The notes beneath the pieces are model-generated. The model saw nothing but the letters and a program-made list of their open reading frames with translations, did not search any database and was not told the DNA's origin. From Pseudomonas aeruginosa (GTDB lineage Bacteria > Pseudomonadota > Gammaproteobacteria > Pseudomonadales > Pseudomonadaceae), in NCBI RefSeq assembly GCF_001457615.1, contig NZ_LN831024.1, forward strand, positions 2,460,001-2,492,000: a DNA stretch of 32,000 bases, written 5' to 3'. Made by a program: the position numbers and the translations under genes. Shown piece after piece: positions 1-8,664 of this stretch (the stretch's first letter is position 1; each line of letters begins with the position of its first letter).

Positions 1-3000
1 GATTTCGCCCTGGCGGCGCCGGACACCTTCACCTTCGCCCGTGGCTACCTGTCGAGCAACCCCCGTATCGGCCGGCTCGGCCGGGGCTGGTGGCTGCCGG
101 GCGAGAGCATGCACCTGGAACTGAGCGAAGACGCCTGCGTGCTGGTCGACGCCCAGGGCCGCCGGATCGGCTTTCCTGCGCTGGCTCCCGGTGCCCAGCA
201 TTATTCCGGCAGCGAGGAGCTGTGGCTGCGCCGTGGCGGTTCGAGCGGCGGCGAAGCGCAGGCCTGGCGCGGGCGCTGGGCGGCGGTGCCGGCCGAACTG
301 CAGACGCAGGAGGGCTCCGTGCTGGTGCTGTCCGGCCACAGCTACCTGCATTTCCAGCGTTGCCCCGACGGTATCTGGCGCCTGCAGGCCAGCTTCGGCC
401 GCGCCGGCTACCGCACCGAGTTCCGCTGGAGCGGACGTGGCCTGCTCACCGGCGTGCGCGACAGCGCCGGGCGCAGCTATGCGCTGGTCTACCAGCAAGC
501 CTGCGAGCCGAGCGAGGGCGACGACGGCCTGCGTCTGTTCGGCGTGATCCTGGCCAGCCACGACGGACCGCCTCCGGACTACATCGATCCGCAGAGCCCG
601 GGGCTCGACTGGCTGGTGCGCTACCAGTTCAGCGACAGCGGCGATCTGATCGCCGTGCGCGACCGTCTTGGCCAGGTGGTCCGGGTATTCGCCTGGCGCG
701 AGCACATGCTGGTCGCCCACGGCGAACCGGGCGGGCTGGAGGTTCGCTACGAGTGGGATGTCCATGCTCCGCACGGGCGGGTCGTGAAGCAGATCGAGGC
801 GGGCGGCCTGACCCGTACCTTCCGCTACCTGCGCGATGCCACCGAGGTCAGCGACAGCCTCGGCCGCGTCGAACGCTACGAGTTCGCCGGCGAGGGCGGG
901 CAGCGGCGCTGGACCGCGCTGGTCAGGGCCGACGGCAGCCGTAGCGAGTTCGACTACGACCTGTTCGGCCGCCTGGTCGCCATGCGCGATCCGCTGGGAC
1001 GGGAGACGCGGCGCCGGCGCGATGGCCAGGGGCGGATGCTCGAGGAGGAGTCGCCGGGCAAGGCGCGCTATCGCAAGCGCGTCGACGAAGAGACCGGGCT
1101 GCTGGTCGAGCTGGAGGACGCGATGCAGCGCCGCTGGACCTTCGAGCGCGACGAACGGGGCAATGCGACGACGGTGCGCGGCCCGGCCGGCAGCACCCGC
1201 TACGCCTACGAAGACCCGCGCCTGCCCGACCGGCCGACGCGAATCGTCGACCCGCGCGGCGGCGAGCGGCGCCTGGAGTGGAACCGCTTCGGCCTGTTGG
1301 CCGCGTTGACCGATTGTTCCGGCCAGGTCTGGCGTTACGACTACGACAACGAAGGACGTTTGGTCGCCAGCAGCGACCCGCTGGGACAACTGACCCGGCG
1401 CCGCTACGACCCGCTGGGGCAACTGATCGGCCTGGAATTGGCCGACGGCAGCGCCCTGAGCTATGAATACGACGCCCTTGGGCGGCAGACCCGTATCGCC
1501 GATGCCGAGGGGCACGCCACGCTGTTTTCCTGGGGGCACGGCGATCTGCTGGTGCGGGTTTCCGACGCCGGCGGCGGCGAATTGTCCTACCTGCACGACG
1601 AAGCCGGCAGGCTGGTCGCCCTGACCAACGAGAACGGCGTCCAGGCGCAGTTCCGCTACGACCTGCTGGACCGTCTGGTGGAAGAGACCGGCTTCGACGG
1701 TCGTCGCCAACGCTATCGCTACAACGCCGCTGACGAACTGATCGCCCGCGAGGATGCCGACGGTCGCGAGACCACCTATGCCTACGACCGCGACGGCCGC
1801 CTGGCGAGCATCCGGGTTCCCGCCACCGAGCACGCACCGGCCCTGGTCGAGCGTTACCGCTGGTTGGCCGACGGCCGCCTGGCCAGCGCCGGCGGGGCGG
1901 ATTGCGAGGTGCGCTATACGTACGACGAGGTCGGTAACCTGCGCCTGGAAAGCCAGGTACATGCCGACGGTTGGGTCTACAGCGTCGAGCACAGCCACGA
2001 CGCGCTAGGCGTGCGCCAGACCAGCCGCTATGGCGACGCGCCGCCGGTCGCCTGGCTGACCTATGGCCCGGGTCATCTGCACGGCGCGCTGGTCGGTGCG
2101 GTCGAGCTGGCCTTCGAGCGCGATGCCCTGCACCGTGAGGTGCGTCGCGACGCCCGCCGCGACGGGCAGGATGACGCGTTGTTCACCCAGGAGCGCCAGC
2201 ACGCGCCGCTGGGACGCCTGCAGCGCAGCCGCCTGCGTCTGGCCGGCGGTTTCGACTGGCAGCGCGGCTATCGCTACGACGGACTTGGACAACTGGTCGG
2301 CATCGACGACAACCAGTATCCGTCGGTGCGCTACGAATACGACCTCGGCGGTCGCCTGCTGGCCAGCCGGCGCGCTGGCGCGGCGGCCAGCACCTACCGC
2401 TACGACGCCGCCGGCAACCGCCTGGAGGGCGTCGGCGAGTACGCGCGCGAGGACGCTCGCCAGGCATTCGCCGAGAACGAACTGTACCGCTCCGGTTTCA
2501 GTCGCTCCGAGGCGCGCGCGAACCAGGCCGGCGAAGGCCCGGCGCGCTGGGCCGGCAACCGCGTGGAGAGGATCGCCGGCAACCGCTATCGCTTCGATGC
2601 GCTGGGCAACCTGGTCGAGCGTATCGGCGCCGACGGCGAGCGCCTGCGCCTGGCCTACGACGGCGCGCAGCGCCTGGTCCATCTGACGCGCGATTACGCC
2701 GACGGCACGCGGCTGGAGGCGCGCTACCGCTACGACGCGCTGTCGCGACGGATCGCCAAGGTGGTGCTGCGCGACGGTGTCGAGCAGCAGGTGCGCTTCG
2801 GCTGGGACGGCGATCGCCAATGCGCCGAAGCCTTTGCGCGGGAACTGCGCACCACCGTTCACGAACCGGGCGGTTTCGTCCCGTTGCTGCGCCTGGAGCA
2901 GGCCTGCGAGCCCGATCCCCCGGAGCTGCTGCAACTGCGCCAGGCGTTCGCCGCCGAAGGCCAGCCGCTGCCGGCGCAATGCGTGCCGGCGCTGGGCGAG

Positions 3001-3768
3001 GCGCGGATCGCTTTCTTCCACACCGATCACCTCGGTACCCCCCTGCAGCTGAGCGACGAACGTGGCCAACTGCGTTGGCAGGGCGTTCCGGACGACTGGC
3101 GGGCGGTAGCGCCGGAACGACAGCCGGGTGCGCAGCCGATCCGCTTCCAGGGGCAGTACCACGATGAGGAAAGCGGCTTCTACTACAACCGCTACCGTTA
3201 CTACCTGCCGGAAGCCGGGCGCTATGCCAGCCAGGACCCGCTCGGCCTGGGCGGTGGCCCCAACCCCTATGCCTACGCGCTGAACGCGCCCACGCTGGCC
3301 TACGATCCCACCGGCCTGATCATCCCGCTGGTGGTGATCGGCGCCTTCGCCGCCCGCGCCGCGATCGGAGCGGCGCTGGGCGCCGGCATCGAGCTGGGGA
3401 TGCAGACCGGCAAGCAGGTGCTGGGGCAGATGAAGGACAACTGGGACAGCGATCGCGACCTCACCGATATCAAGTGGAAGTGCATCGACATCAACTGGAA
3501 ACACGTCGGCGCCTCGGCGGCCATCGGCACCGTGGCGCCGGGCATGCTCAGCACCGGCAAGACCGTGGTGCAGTCCGCCAAGGCGATCAGGACCCTTTCC
3601 GGACAGGCGGCCAACACCGCCAACCGCGCGGCCAAGCTGGCCGCGCGCAAGGCCGCCCATGCCGATACCATCAAGAAGGCCGTGGCCACCCAGGCCGCCT
3701 GGCAGACGGGCAAGCAGATCGTCAAATGCCCGCTGAAGGACGAAGAAGAGGAGTGTCCGCCGCAATGA
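1..3768 (+). CDS. tse5: Rhs-family T6SS polymorphic toxin, 5'-truncated by the window edge: YD-repeat shell, DPxGL-x18-DPxGL autocleavage motif and a C-terminal glycine-zipper (pore-forming type) toxin domain
   Basis: Frame 1 is open from nt 1 (DFALAAPDTFTFARGYLSS...), so the start lies outside the window. There are many YD repeats (YDLFGRLVAMRDPLGR, YDNEGRLVASSDPLGQ, YDRDGRLASI, YDALGRQTRI). The conserved Rhs core end is FQGQYHDEESGFYYNRYRYYLPEAGRYASQDPLGL-x18-DPTGL. The last 149 aa begin IIPLVVIGAFAARAAIGAALGAGIELG (Gly/Ala zipper). Identity with Tse5/RhsP2 is from memory and synteny. Confidence 0.9.
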   Translation, partial: DFALAAPDTFTFARGYLSSNPRIGRLGRGWWLPGESMHLELSEDACVLVDAQGRRIGFPALAPGAQHYSGSEELWLRRGGSSGGEAQAWRGRWAAVPAELQTQEGSVLVLSGHSYLHFQRCPDGIWRLQASFGRAGYRTEFRWSGRGLLTGVRDSAGRSYALVYQQACEPSEGDDGLRLFGVILASHDGPPPDYIDPQSPGLDWLVRYQFSDSGDLIAVRDRLGQVVRVFAWREHMLVAHGEPGGLEVRYEWDVHAPHGRVVKQIEAGGLTRTFRYLRDATEVSDSLGRVERYEFAGEGGQRRWTALVRADGSRSEFDYDLFGRLVAMRDPLGRETRRRRDGQGRMLEEESPGKARYRKRVDEETGLLVELEDAMQRRWTFERDERGNATTVRGPAGSTRYAYEDPRLPDRPTRIVDPRGGERRLEWNRFGLLAALTDCSGQVWRYDYDNEGRLVASSDPLGQLTRRRYDPLGQLIGLELADGSALSYEYDALGRQTRIADAEGHATLFSWGHGDLLVRVSDAGGGELSYLHDEAGRLVALTNENGVQAQFRYDLLDRLVEETGFDGRRQRYRYNAADELIAREDADGRETTYAYDRDGRLASIRVPATEHAPALVERYRWLADGRLASAGGADCEVRYTYDEVGNLRLESQVHADGWVYSVEHSHDALGVRQTSRYGDAPPVAWLTYGPGHLHGALVGAVELAFERDALHREVRRDARRDGQDDALFTQERQHAPLGRLQRSRLRLAGGFDWQRGYRYDGLGQLVGIDDNQYPSVRYEYDLGGRLLASRRAGAAASTYRYDAAGNRLEGVGEYAREDARQAFAENELYRSGFSRSEARANQAGEGPARWAGNRVERIAGNRYRFDALGNLVERIGADGERLRLAYDGAQRLVHLTRDYADGTRLEARYRYDALSRRIAKVVLRDGVEQQVRFGWDGDRQCAEAFARELRTTVHEPGGFVPLLRLEQACEPDPPELLQLRQAFAAEGQPLPAQCVPALGEARIAFFHTDHLGTPLQLSDERGQLRWQGVPDDWRAVAPERQPGAQPIRFQGQYHDEESGFYYNRYRYYLPEAGRYASQDPLGLGGGPNPYAYALNAPTLAYDPTGLIIPLVVIGAFAARAAIGAALGAGIELGMQTGKQVLGQMKDNWDSDRDLTDIKWKCIDINWKHVGASAAIGTVAPGMLSTGKTVVQSAKAIRTLSGQAANTANRAAKLAARKAAHADTIKKAVATQAAWQTGKQIVKCPLKDEEEECPPQ
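3235..3318 (+). other. Rhs C-terminal aspartyl autoproteolysis motif DPLGL-(18 aa)-DPTGL, marking the shell/toxin boundary
   Basis: Read directly: gac ccg ctc ggc ctg at 3235-3249 and gat ccc acc ggc ctg at 3304-3318. Exactly 18 codons (GGGPNPYAYALNAPTLAY) lie between them. Confidence 0.85.
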
Positions 3769-3956
3769 TCAAGCATTACCTGCTGATGACCCTCGTCTGC
3801 ATACCGCTGGCGTTGCTCTACGTCTGCCTGGAATGGTTCTTCGGCAACACCTGGGTGACCGTCGGGGTGTTCTTCGGCGTGCTCGTCGTGCTGCGCCTCG
3901 GGCTCTACCTCTACCGCCGCTCGAAGGGCATCAGGGACGGCTACCTGGACGAGTGA
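3765..3956 (+). CDS. tsi5: 63-aa two-helix membrane immunity protein for the Rhs C-terminal toxin
   Basis: The ATG at 3765 overlaps the Rhs stop (ATGA at 3765-3768). The protein MIKHYLLMTLVCIPLALLYVCLEWFFGNTWVTVGVFFGVLVVLRLGLYLYRRSKGIRDGYLDE has two hydrophobic helices. It sits in the classic position immediately 3' of a polymorphic toxin. The 160-aa upstream extension in the ORF track (3474) is out-of-frame overlap with the toxin and was rejected. Confidence 0.75.
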   Translation: MIKHYLLMTLVCIPLALLYVCLEWFFGNTWVTVGVFFGVLVVLRLGLYLYRRSKGIRDGYLDE

Positions 3957-4118
3957 GGCCGACCCGGCATCGCGGAGCATCGACCCATGCAGGGCCTCTT
4001 CGTCAATGGCTCCGCCAGTCTTCCGCCGCCGATGCTGTCGCGCAGGCGCTGCTGGCGGCGTTCGCCTGGTAACCTGGCGAACTGCCTGTCTTCTTTGCCA
4101 AGGTCCGAGGAGCCGACC

Positions 4119-5081
4119 ATGCACGACCTGCCTACCTACGACGATGTGATCGCCGCCGCCGCGCGGATCGCCGGGCATGCCAACCGCACGCCGGTGATGT
4201 CCTCGCGTACCCTCGACGAAGAACTCGGCGCGGAAGTCTTCTTCAAATGCGAAAACCTGCAGCGCATGGGAGCGTTCAAGTTCCGCGGCGCCTTCAATGC
4301 GCTGTCGCGGTTTTCCGCCGAGCAGCGTGCCGCCGGGGTGGTGGCGTTCTCCTCCGGCAACCACGCCCAGGCCATCGCCCTCTCGGCGCGCTTGCTGGGG
4401 ATCCCGGCGACCATCGTGATGCCGGCCGACGCGCCGGCGGTGAAGATCGAGGCGACCCGTGGCTACGGCGGGCAGGTAGTGCTCTATGACCGCTATACGG
4501 AAGATCGCGAGCAGATCGGCCGCGACCTGGCGCAGCGCCATGGCCTGACCCTGATCCCGCCCTACGATCACCCCGACGTGCTGGCCGGGCAGGGCACCGC
4601 GGCCAAGGAACTGTTCGAAGAAGTCGGTCCGCTGGACGCCTTCTTCGCGCCCCTCGGCGGCGGCGGCTTGCTCTCCGGCTGCGCCCTGGCGATCCGCGCG
4701 CTGGCGCCGGCCTGCCGGATCTACGGGGTGGAGCCGGAGGCCGGCAACGATGGCCAGCGTTCGCTGCGCAGCGGCGCCATCGTGCATATCGATACGCCGC
4801 AGACCCTCGCCGATGGCGCCCAGACCCAGCATTTGGGCAATCTCACCTTCCCGCTGATCCAGCGCAACGTCGATGACATCCTCACCGCCAGCGACGCCGA
4901 ACTGGTGGATGGCATGCGCTTCCTCGCCGCGCGGATGAAGCTGCTGGTCGAGCCCACCGGTTGCCTCGGCCTGGCCGCCGCCCGCCAGCGCAAGGACGAA
5001 TTGCGCGGCAAGCGGGTCGGGATCCTGCTCAGCGGCGGTAACGTCGACCTGGCGCGTTTCTGCGCCTTGCTCGGCGGCTAG
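4119..5081 (+). CDS. PLP-dependent serine/threonine dehydratase family enzyme (serine racemase / hydroxyaspartate dehydratase-like)
   Basis: ATG at 4119 preceded by the SD-like sequence ccGAGGAg (4105-4112). PLP-lysine motif FFKCENLQRMGAFKFRGA and glycine-rich loop GGGGLLSG. 320 aa. Confidence 0.85.
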   Translation: MHDLPTYDDVIAAAARIAGHANRTPVMSSRTLDEELGAEVFFKCENLQRMGAFKFRGAFNALSRFSAEQRAAGVVAFSSGNHAQAIALSARLLGIPATIVMPADAPAVKIEATRGYGGQVVLYDRYTEDREQIGRDLAQRHGLTLIPPYDHPDVLAGQGTAAKELFEEVGPLDAFFAPLGGGGLLSGCALAIRALAPACRIYGVEPEAGNDGQRSLRSGAIVHIDTPQTLADGAQTQHLGNLTFPLIQRNVDDILTASDAELVDGMRFLAARMKLLVEPTGCLGLAAARQRKDELRGKRVGILLSGGNVDLARFCALLGG

Positions 5082-5088
5082 CCGGCCG

Positions 5089-6330
5089 CTAGAGGCCGAG
5101 TCCTTCGCTGGCTGCCCAGCGCGCCATCAGGCGGTTCGACGGCAGGCTTTCGTCGAGCAGCTTGCGCGCGCTTTCCACCCCCGCGACCGGCAGGCCCTGC
5201 GGGTCGAGCAGGCCGATCTGCACCAGCACGCCGGCCTGGTCCCAATAGATGTGCTCGTGGTAAAGGCGGTCGCCGCGAAAGCGCACCACGCCGAGCATGG
5301 GGATTTCCACGAAGCGCCCGGTGGGTGGGACGCCGGGCAGCAGCCAGTCGATCTCGCAGCTGTGGGTGAAGCGCATGACGAACTCGTCGACCACCTGCAG
5401 CGCCCCCACCGTCCGCGAAATCGGCGTGAGGGTCATGTCCGGCGGGTTGCCGTGGATGAAGTGATGGCGGTAGAAGCGGCTCAGTTCGCGCTGGCCGACG
5501 CCGCCGGTGAGGGTCGGGACATGGTTGACGTAGGGCTCGGCGACCATGGTCGCCATGGTCGCGGCGACGTCGCGGGTATCGAACTCGTGGCGCACATGCT
5601 CGTCCCACAGCGCGGAGAGGTCGAAGTTCGGCCCGATCTCCCGCTTCAGGGCGGCGATGCTGCGTTCGTGAGCCATCAGGTAGGCCGGTTTGTCGAAGTG
5701 CATGCCGCCGACGCGGGCGAAGGCGTGATCGACGCCGGGGTAGAGGTACAACTCGGTCTTGGGCAGGTTGCGCAGGCAGGGCAGGATCGCGTCGCGGGCC
5801 TGCTGCGGGCAGTAGGCGTCCTGTTCGGCGAAATGCAGCACCAGCCGGCCCTTGATCTGTTTCGCCTCGTCGAGCAGCGCCTCGATGCCCATGCCGTAGT
5901 AGCCCACCGAGCAGGAGACGTCGGTGCGCGTCGCGGCGAGGTAGGCCAGCTTGCCGCCCATGCAGAAGCCGACGAAGCCGATCCCGGCGTGGACCACCTC
6001 CTCGCGTTGGCGCAGGTGCTCGATACAGGCGGCGATGTCGTCCACCGCGGCGTCCAGGTCGATGCGCTGGAACAGCTCGATGGCCTTGGCGAAGGCCGCT
6101 TCGTCGTAGCCCAGGTCGACCCCCGGCTGCAGCCGCCAGAACAGGTCGGGGACCAGGGCCACGTAGCCCTCTTCGGCGTACAGGTCGGCCACCGCGCGCA
6201 TGTTCGCGTTGACGCCGAAGATTTCCTGACCGATCACCACGCCCGGCCCCTTGCCGCTGGCGGGGAGCGCGAGATACGCGTCGAACCGGCCGCTGCCGTC
6301 GGACGCGGCGATGCTGACGTACTGTCCCAT
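5089..6330 (-). CDS. Dienelactone hydrolase-family domain fused to a C-terminal SnoaL/NTF2-like domain
   Basis: The N-terminal half has a DLH-like nucleophile elbow GFCMGG and a His motif GVDHAF. The C-terminal ~170 aa (LWDEHVRHEFDTRD...HEHIYWDQAGVLVQIG) look SnoaL/NTF2-like. The start was chosen at the ATG at 6330 because GAGGAA lies 7 nt upstream; the ORF-track start at 6417 has no SD. Confidence 0.7.
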   Translation of the reverse strand: MGQYVSIAASDGSGRFDAYLALPASGKGPGVVIGQEIFGVNANMRAVADLYAEEGYVALVPDLFWRLQPGVDLGYDEAAFAKAIELFQRIDLDAAVDDIAACIEHLRQREEVVHAGIGFVGFCMGGKLAYLAATRTDVSCSVGYYGMGIEALLDEAKQIKGRLVLHFAEQDAYCPQQARDAILPCLRNLPKTELYLYPGVDHAFARVGGMHFDKPAYLMAHERSIAALKREIGPNFDLSALWDEHVRHEFDTRDVAATMATMVAEPYVNHVPTLTGGVGQRELSRFYRHHFIHGNPPDMTLTPISRTVGALQVVDEFVMRFTHSCEIDWLLPGVPPTGRFVEIPMLGVVRFRGDRLYHEHIYWDQAGVLVQIGLLDPQGLPVAGVESARKLLDESLPSNRLMARWAASEGLGL

Positions 6331-6512
6331 GCCTGGATTCCTCATCGGGTTGTTGTTGGAGTGGGAAAACGGGAAAGCGAAGCGAACCAGCCTAGTAGGA
6401 ACCGGCCGGCGGGTCATTGGCTATCCGCATGCTGGCGGGAGGGTATCCGGATTGTCCGGGAGCGAGGGGCGGGAGGCGGCGCGATCCTCGGCGAGCCGCT
6501 CGCGGATACCGC

Positions 6513-7442
6513 TCAGGCCCGCTGGCGCTGCCAGGGCGGGCCAGCGGCGAACCGCGCTTCCACCCATTGGCGGAACGCGCTGGCCGCCGCCGTGGCGTAG
6601 CGCGCCGAGGGGCGCACCAGGTAGACGCCGGCGTCGGCGTCCAGTTGCCACTCCGGCAGCACCCGTACCAGCCTGCCGGCTTCGAGGTCGCGGCTCATCA
6701 GCCACTCGCCGGCGGCGAAGATGCCCAGGCCCTGGCGTGCGGCGCAGAGCAGGGCCTCGTTGTCGTTGCTAACCATCGAGCCGCGTACCCGCACGGGCTG
6801 CTGTTCGTCCTGGCGGGTCAGCTTCCACTCCGGGTACGAGTGCAGTCCGCTGAAGCCGAGGCAATTGTGTGCCGCCAGGTCGGCCGGGATACGCGGTACC
6901 CCATGCCGCTCCAGGTAGTCGGGAGCGGCGCCGAGGATGCGCCGATGGGCGCACAGCCGCCTGGCCACCAGGCGGCTGTCGGCCAGTTCGCCGACCCGGA
7001 TCGCGAGGTCGAAGCCTTCCGCGATGATGTCGACGAAGCGCTCCGAATAGTCGGTTTCCAGCACCACCTGCGGATGCGCCAGGGCGAACTCCGCCAGCAG
7101 CGGACCGAGCCAGAGCCGGCCCATCGCCGACGGCAGGGCGATGCGCAGGCGTCCGCGCAGTTGCGCGGCGCCCAGGCTGGCTTCGTGCTCGGCCTCGTCG
7201 AGCAGGTCGACGGCCTGGCGGAAGCGGCTCGCCAGGCGCTCGCCTTCATCGGTGAAGCGCAGTTGCCGGGTGGTGCGTTCGACCAGGCGGATGCCGAGGC
7301 GACGCTCCAGTGCGCCGAGCCGCTTCGAGAGCACCGAGGGATGGCGTTGCAGGGCGCGGCCGGCGGCGGCGAACGAACCGTGCTCGGCCAGGGCCAGGAG
7401 CGTGGCGACTTCATCGGCCTGCCGGCTGTCGAACGGTTGCAT
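6513..7442 (-). CDS. LysR-family transcriptional regulator
   Basis: The N-terminal wHTH MQPFDSRQADEVATLLALAEHGSFAAAGRALQRHPSVLSKRLGALERRLGIRLVERTTRQLRFTDEG is typical of LTTRs. An AAGAGG SD lies 7 nt upstream, inside the 22-nt gap after the oxidoreductase gene. 309 aa. The longer ORF-track version (to 7811) runs into the upstream gene. Confidence 0.85.
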   Translation of the reverse strand: MQPFDSRQADEVATLLALAEHGSFAAAGRALQRHPSVLSKRLGALERRLGIRLVERTTRQLRFTDEGERLASRFRQAVDLLDEAEHEASLGAAQLRGRLRIALPSAMGRLWLGPLLAEFALAHPQVVLETDYSERFVDIIAEGFDLAIRVGELADSRLVARRLCAHRRILGAAPDYLERHGVPRIPADLAAHNCLGFSGLHSYPEWKLTRQDEQQPVRVRGSMVSNDNEALLCAARQGLGIFAAGEWLMSRDLEAGRLVRVLPEWQLDADAGVYLVRPSARYATAAASAFRQWVEARFAAGPPWQRQRA

Positions 7443-7464
7443 GCATGCGCCTCTTGCGGGTGGG

Positions 7465-8439
7465 TCAGGGCAAGAGTACCAGCGCGCCTTGCGAGCGTCC
7501 CTCCAGCAGATCGGTATGCGCCACGGCCGCCTCGGCCAGCGGGTAGCGCCGCCAGACCCGGGGCTGGATGACACCGTCTGCATGGGCGCGCAGCACAGCC
7601 TGCGCGCGTAGCCGGTATTCCTCCGGGTTGGCGGTGTGGGCGGCGAGCGAGGGACGGGTGAGGAACAGCGAACCCTTGGCGTTGAGGGTGGCGACTTCGA
7701 CGGCTGGCGGCACGCCGGAGGTAGCGCCGAAGGACACCAGCAGGCCGCGCGGACGCAAGCTGTCCAGGGACGCCTCGAAGGTAGCGCGACCGATGGGGTC
7801 GTAGACCACATCGACCTTGCGCCCGGCGGTCAGCTCGGCGACCTGGGCGGCGAGACTGGCCGCGTCGAACACCAGCACCTCGTCGCAGCCGGCAGCCCTG
7901 GCCCGTTCGACACTTTCCGCCTTCGACACCACGCCGATCACCCAGGCGCCCAGGTGCCGGGCCCAGGCCGCCATCAACTGGCCGACGGCGCCCGCCGCGC
8001 CGTACAGCAGGATGCGTGTGCCGGGCCCGACGGGGTAGGTGGCGTGCAGCAGGTAGTGCGCGGTGATGCCCTTGAACAGCAGCGCCGCCGCGTCCTCGAA
8101 AGCGAGTGTGTCGGGCAGCTTCAGCAAGCGCTCGGCGGGGTAGAGCCGGGCGCTGGCATAGGCGCCCAGCGGGCCGGTGGCATAGGCGACGCGGTCGCCC
8201 GGCGCCAGTCCGGAGACTCCCGGACCCAGCGCGGCGACCACTCCGGCGCCTTCCAGGCCGAGGCCGGACGGCAGCGGAATCGGTACCGCTCCCGAGCGCT
8301 GGCCGAGGTCCAGCGGATTGACGCCGATGGCGGCCTGCTCCAGCCAGACCTCGCCGGGGCCCGGTTGCTGCGCCTGGACTTGCTCCAGGCGCAGGACCTC
8401 GGGGCCTCCGTTTGCGTTGAGGGTGATGCGACAGGGCAT
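7465..8439 (-). CDS. MDR-superfamily NADPH:quinone oxidoreductase (zeta-crystallin type)
   Basis: 324 aa. Typical Qor N-terminus (GGPEVLRLEQV...PGPGEVWLEQAAIGVNPLD) and nucleotide-binding motif LLYGAAGAVG. Probably co-transcribed with the downstream LysR gene. Confidence 0.85.
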   Translation of the reverse strand: MPCRITLNANGGPEVLRLEQVQAQQPGPGEVWLEQAAIGVNPLDLGQRSGAVPIPLPSGLGLEGAGVVAALGPGVSGLAPGDRVAYATGPLGAYASARLYPAERLLKLPDTLAFEDAAALLFKGITAHYLLHATYPVGPGTRILLYGAAGAVGQLMAAWARHLGAWVIGVVSKAESVERARAAGCDEVLVFDAASLAAQVAELTAGRKVDVVYDPIGRATFEASLDSLRPRGLLVSFGATSGVPPAVEVATLNAKGSLFLTRPSLAAHTANPEEYRLRAQAVLRAHADGVIQPRVWRRYPLAEAAVAHTDLLEGRSQGALVLLP

Positions 8440-8664
8440 GGCGGTCTCCTTGGCTGCGTTCGTCGTTCCGGCAGTCTAATGAAGCATCCGGGGATGACCA
8501 GGTAGGTTCTTTGCAGTTGATTGCTGCACCGCATGCAGTAGTGAGGCGGTGCTCCAAGGTGACCGAAAGTCGTGTTTCCGTATCGACAGGATTCGCCTAG
8601 TGTAAGGCGGCAGCCTGGACGGCCATGGTCCCTGTGGTCGCCGGGATCATTTCGGGAGAGTCCC

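Noticed and set aside
3474-3764. Upstream extension of the immunity ORF (the track gives 3474..3956, 160 aa)
   Set aside because: The extension lies entirely inside the toxin coding region in another frame and is Arg/Gly/His-rich. The ATG at 3765 on the ATGA junction gives the expected small two-helix immunity protein.
2005-3765. 586-aa minus-strand ORF (plus many shorter ORFs at 90-3167) overlapping the Rhs gene
   Set aside because: It is antisense or out-of-frame to a reading frame with unmistakable YD-repeat and Rhs core motifs. The translations are Arg/Ala/Gly/Pro-rich low-complexity sequence, typical of stop-codon-poor frames in high-GC DNA.
3300-4832. 510-aa minus-strand ORF spanning the Rhs toxin tip, the immunity gene and the dehydratase
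   Set aside because: It crosses three well-supported + strand genes and an intergenic region. It has no recognisable motifs and shows high-GC artefact composition.
5251-8557. Long ORFs 5251..6600 (+), 6417..7571 (+), 6818..8557 (-) and the extended 6513..7811 (-)
   Set aside because: They are antisense or out-of-frame to the DLH-fusion, LysR and quinone-oxidoreductase genes, which have clear family motifs and SD sequences. The extended LysR version would run through the upstream gene.
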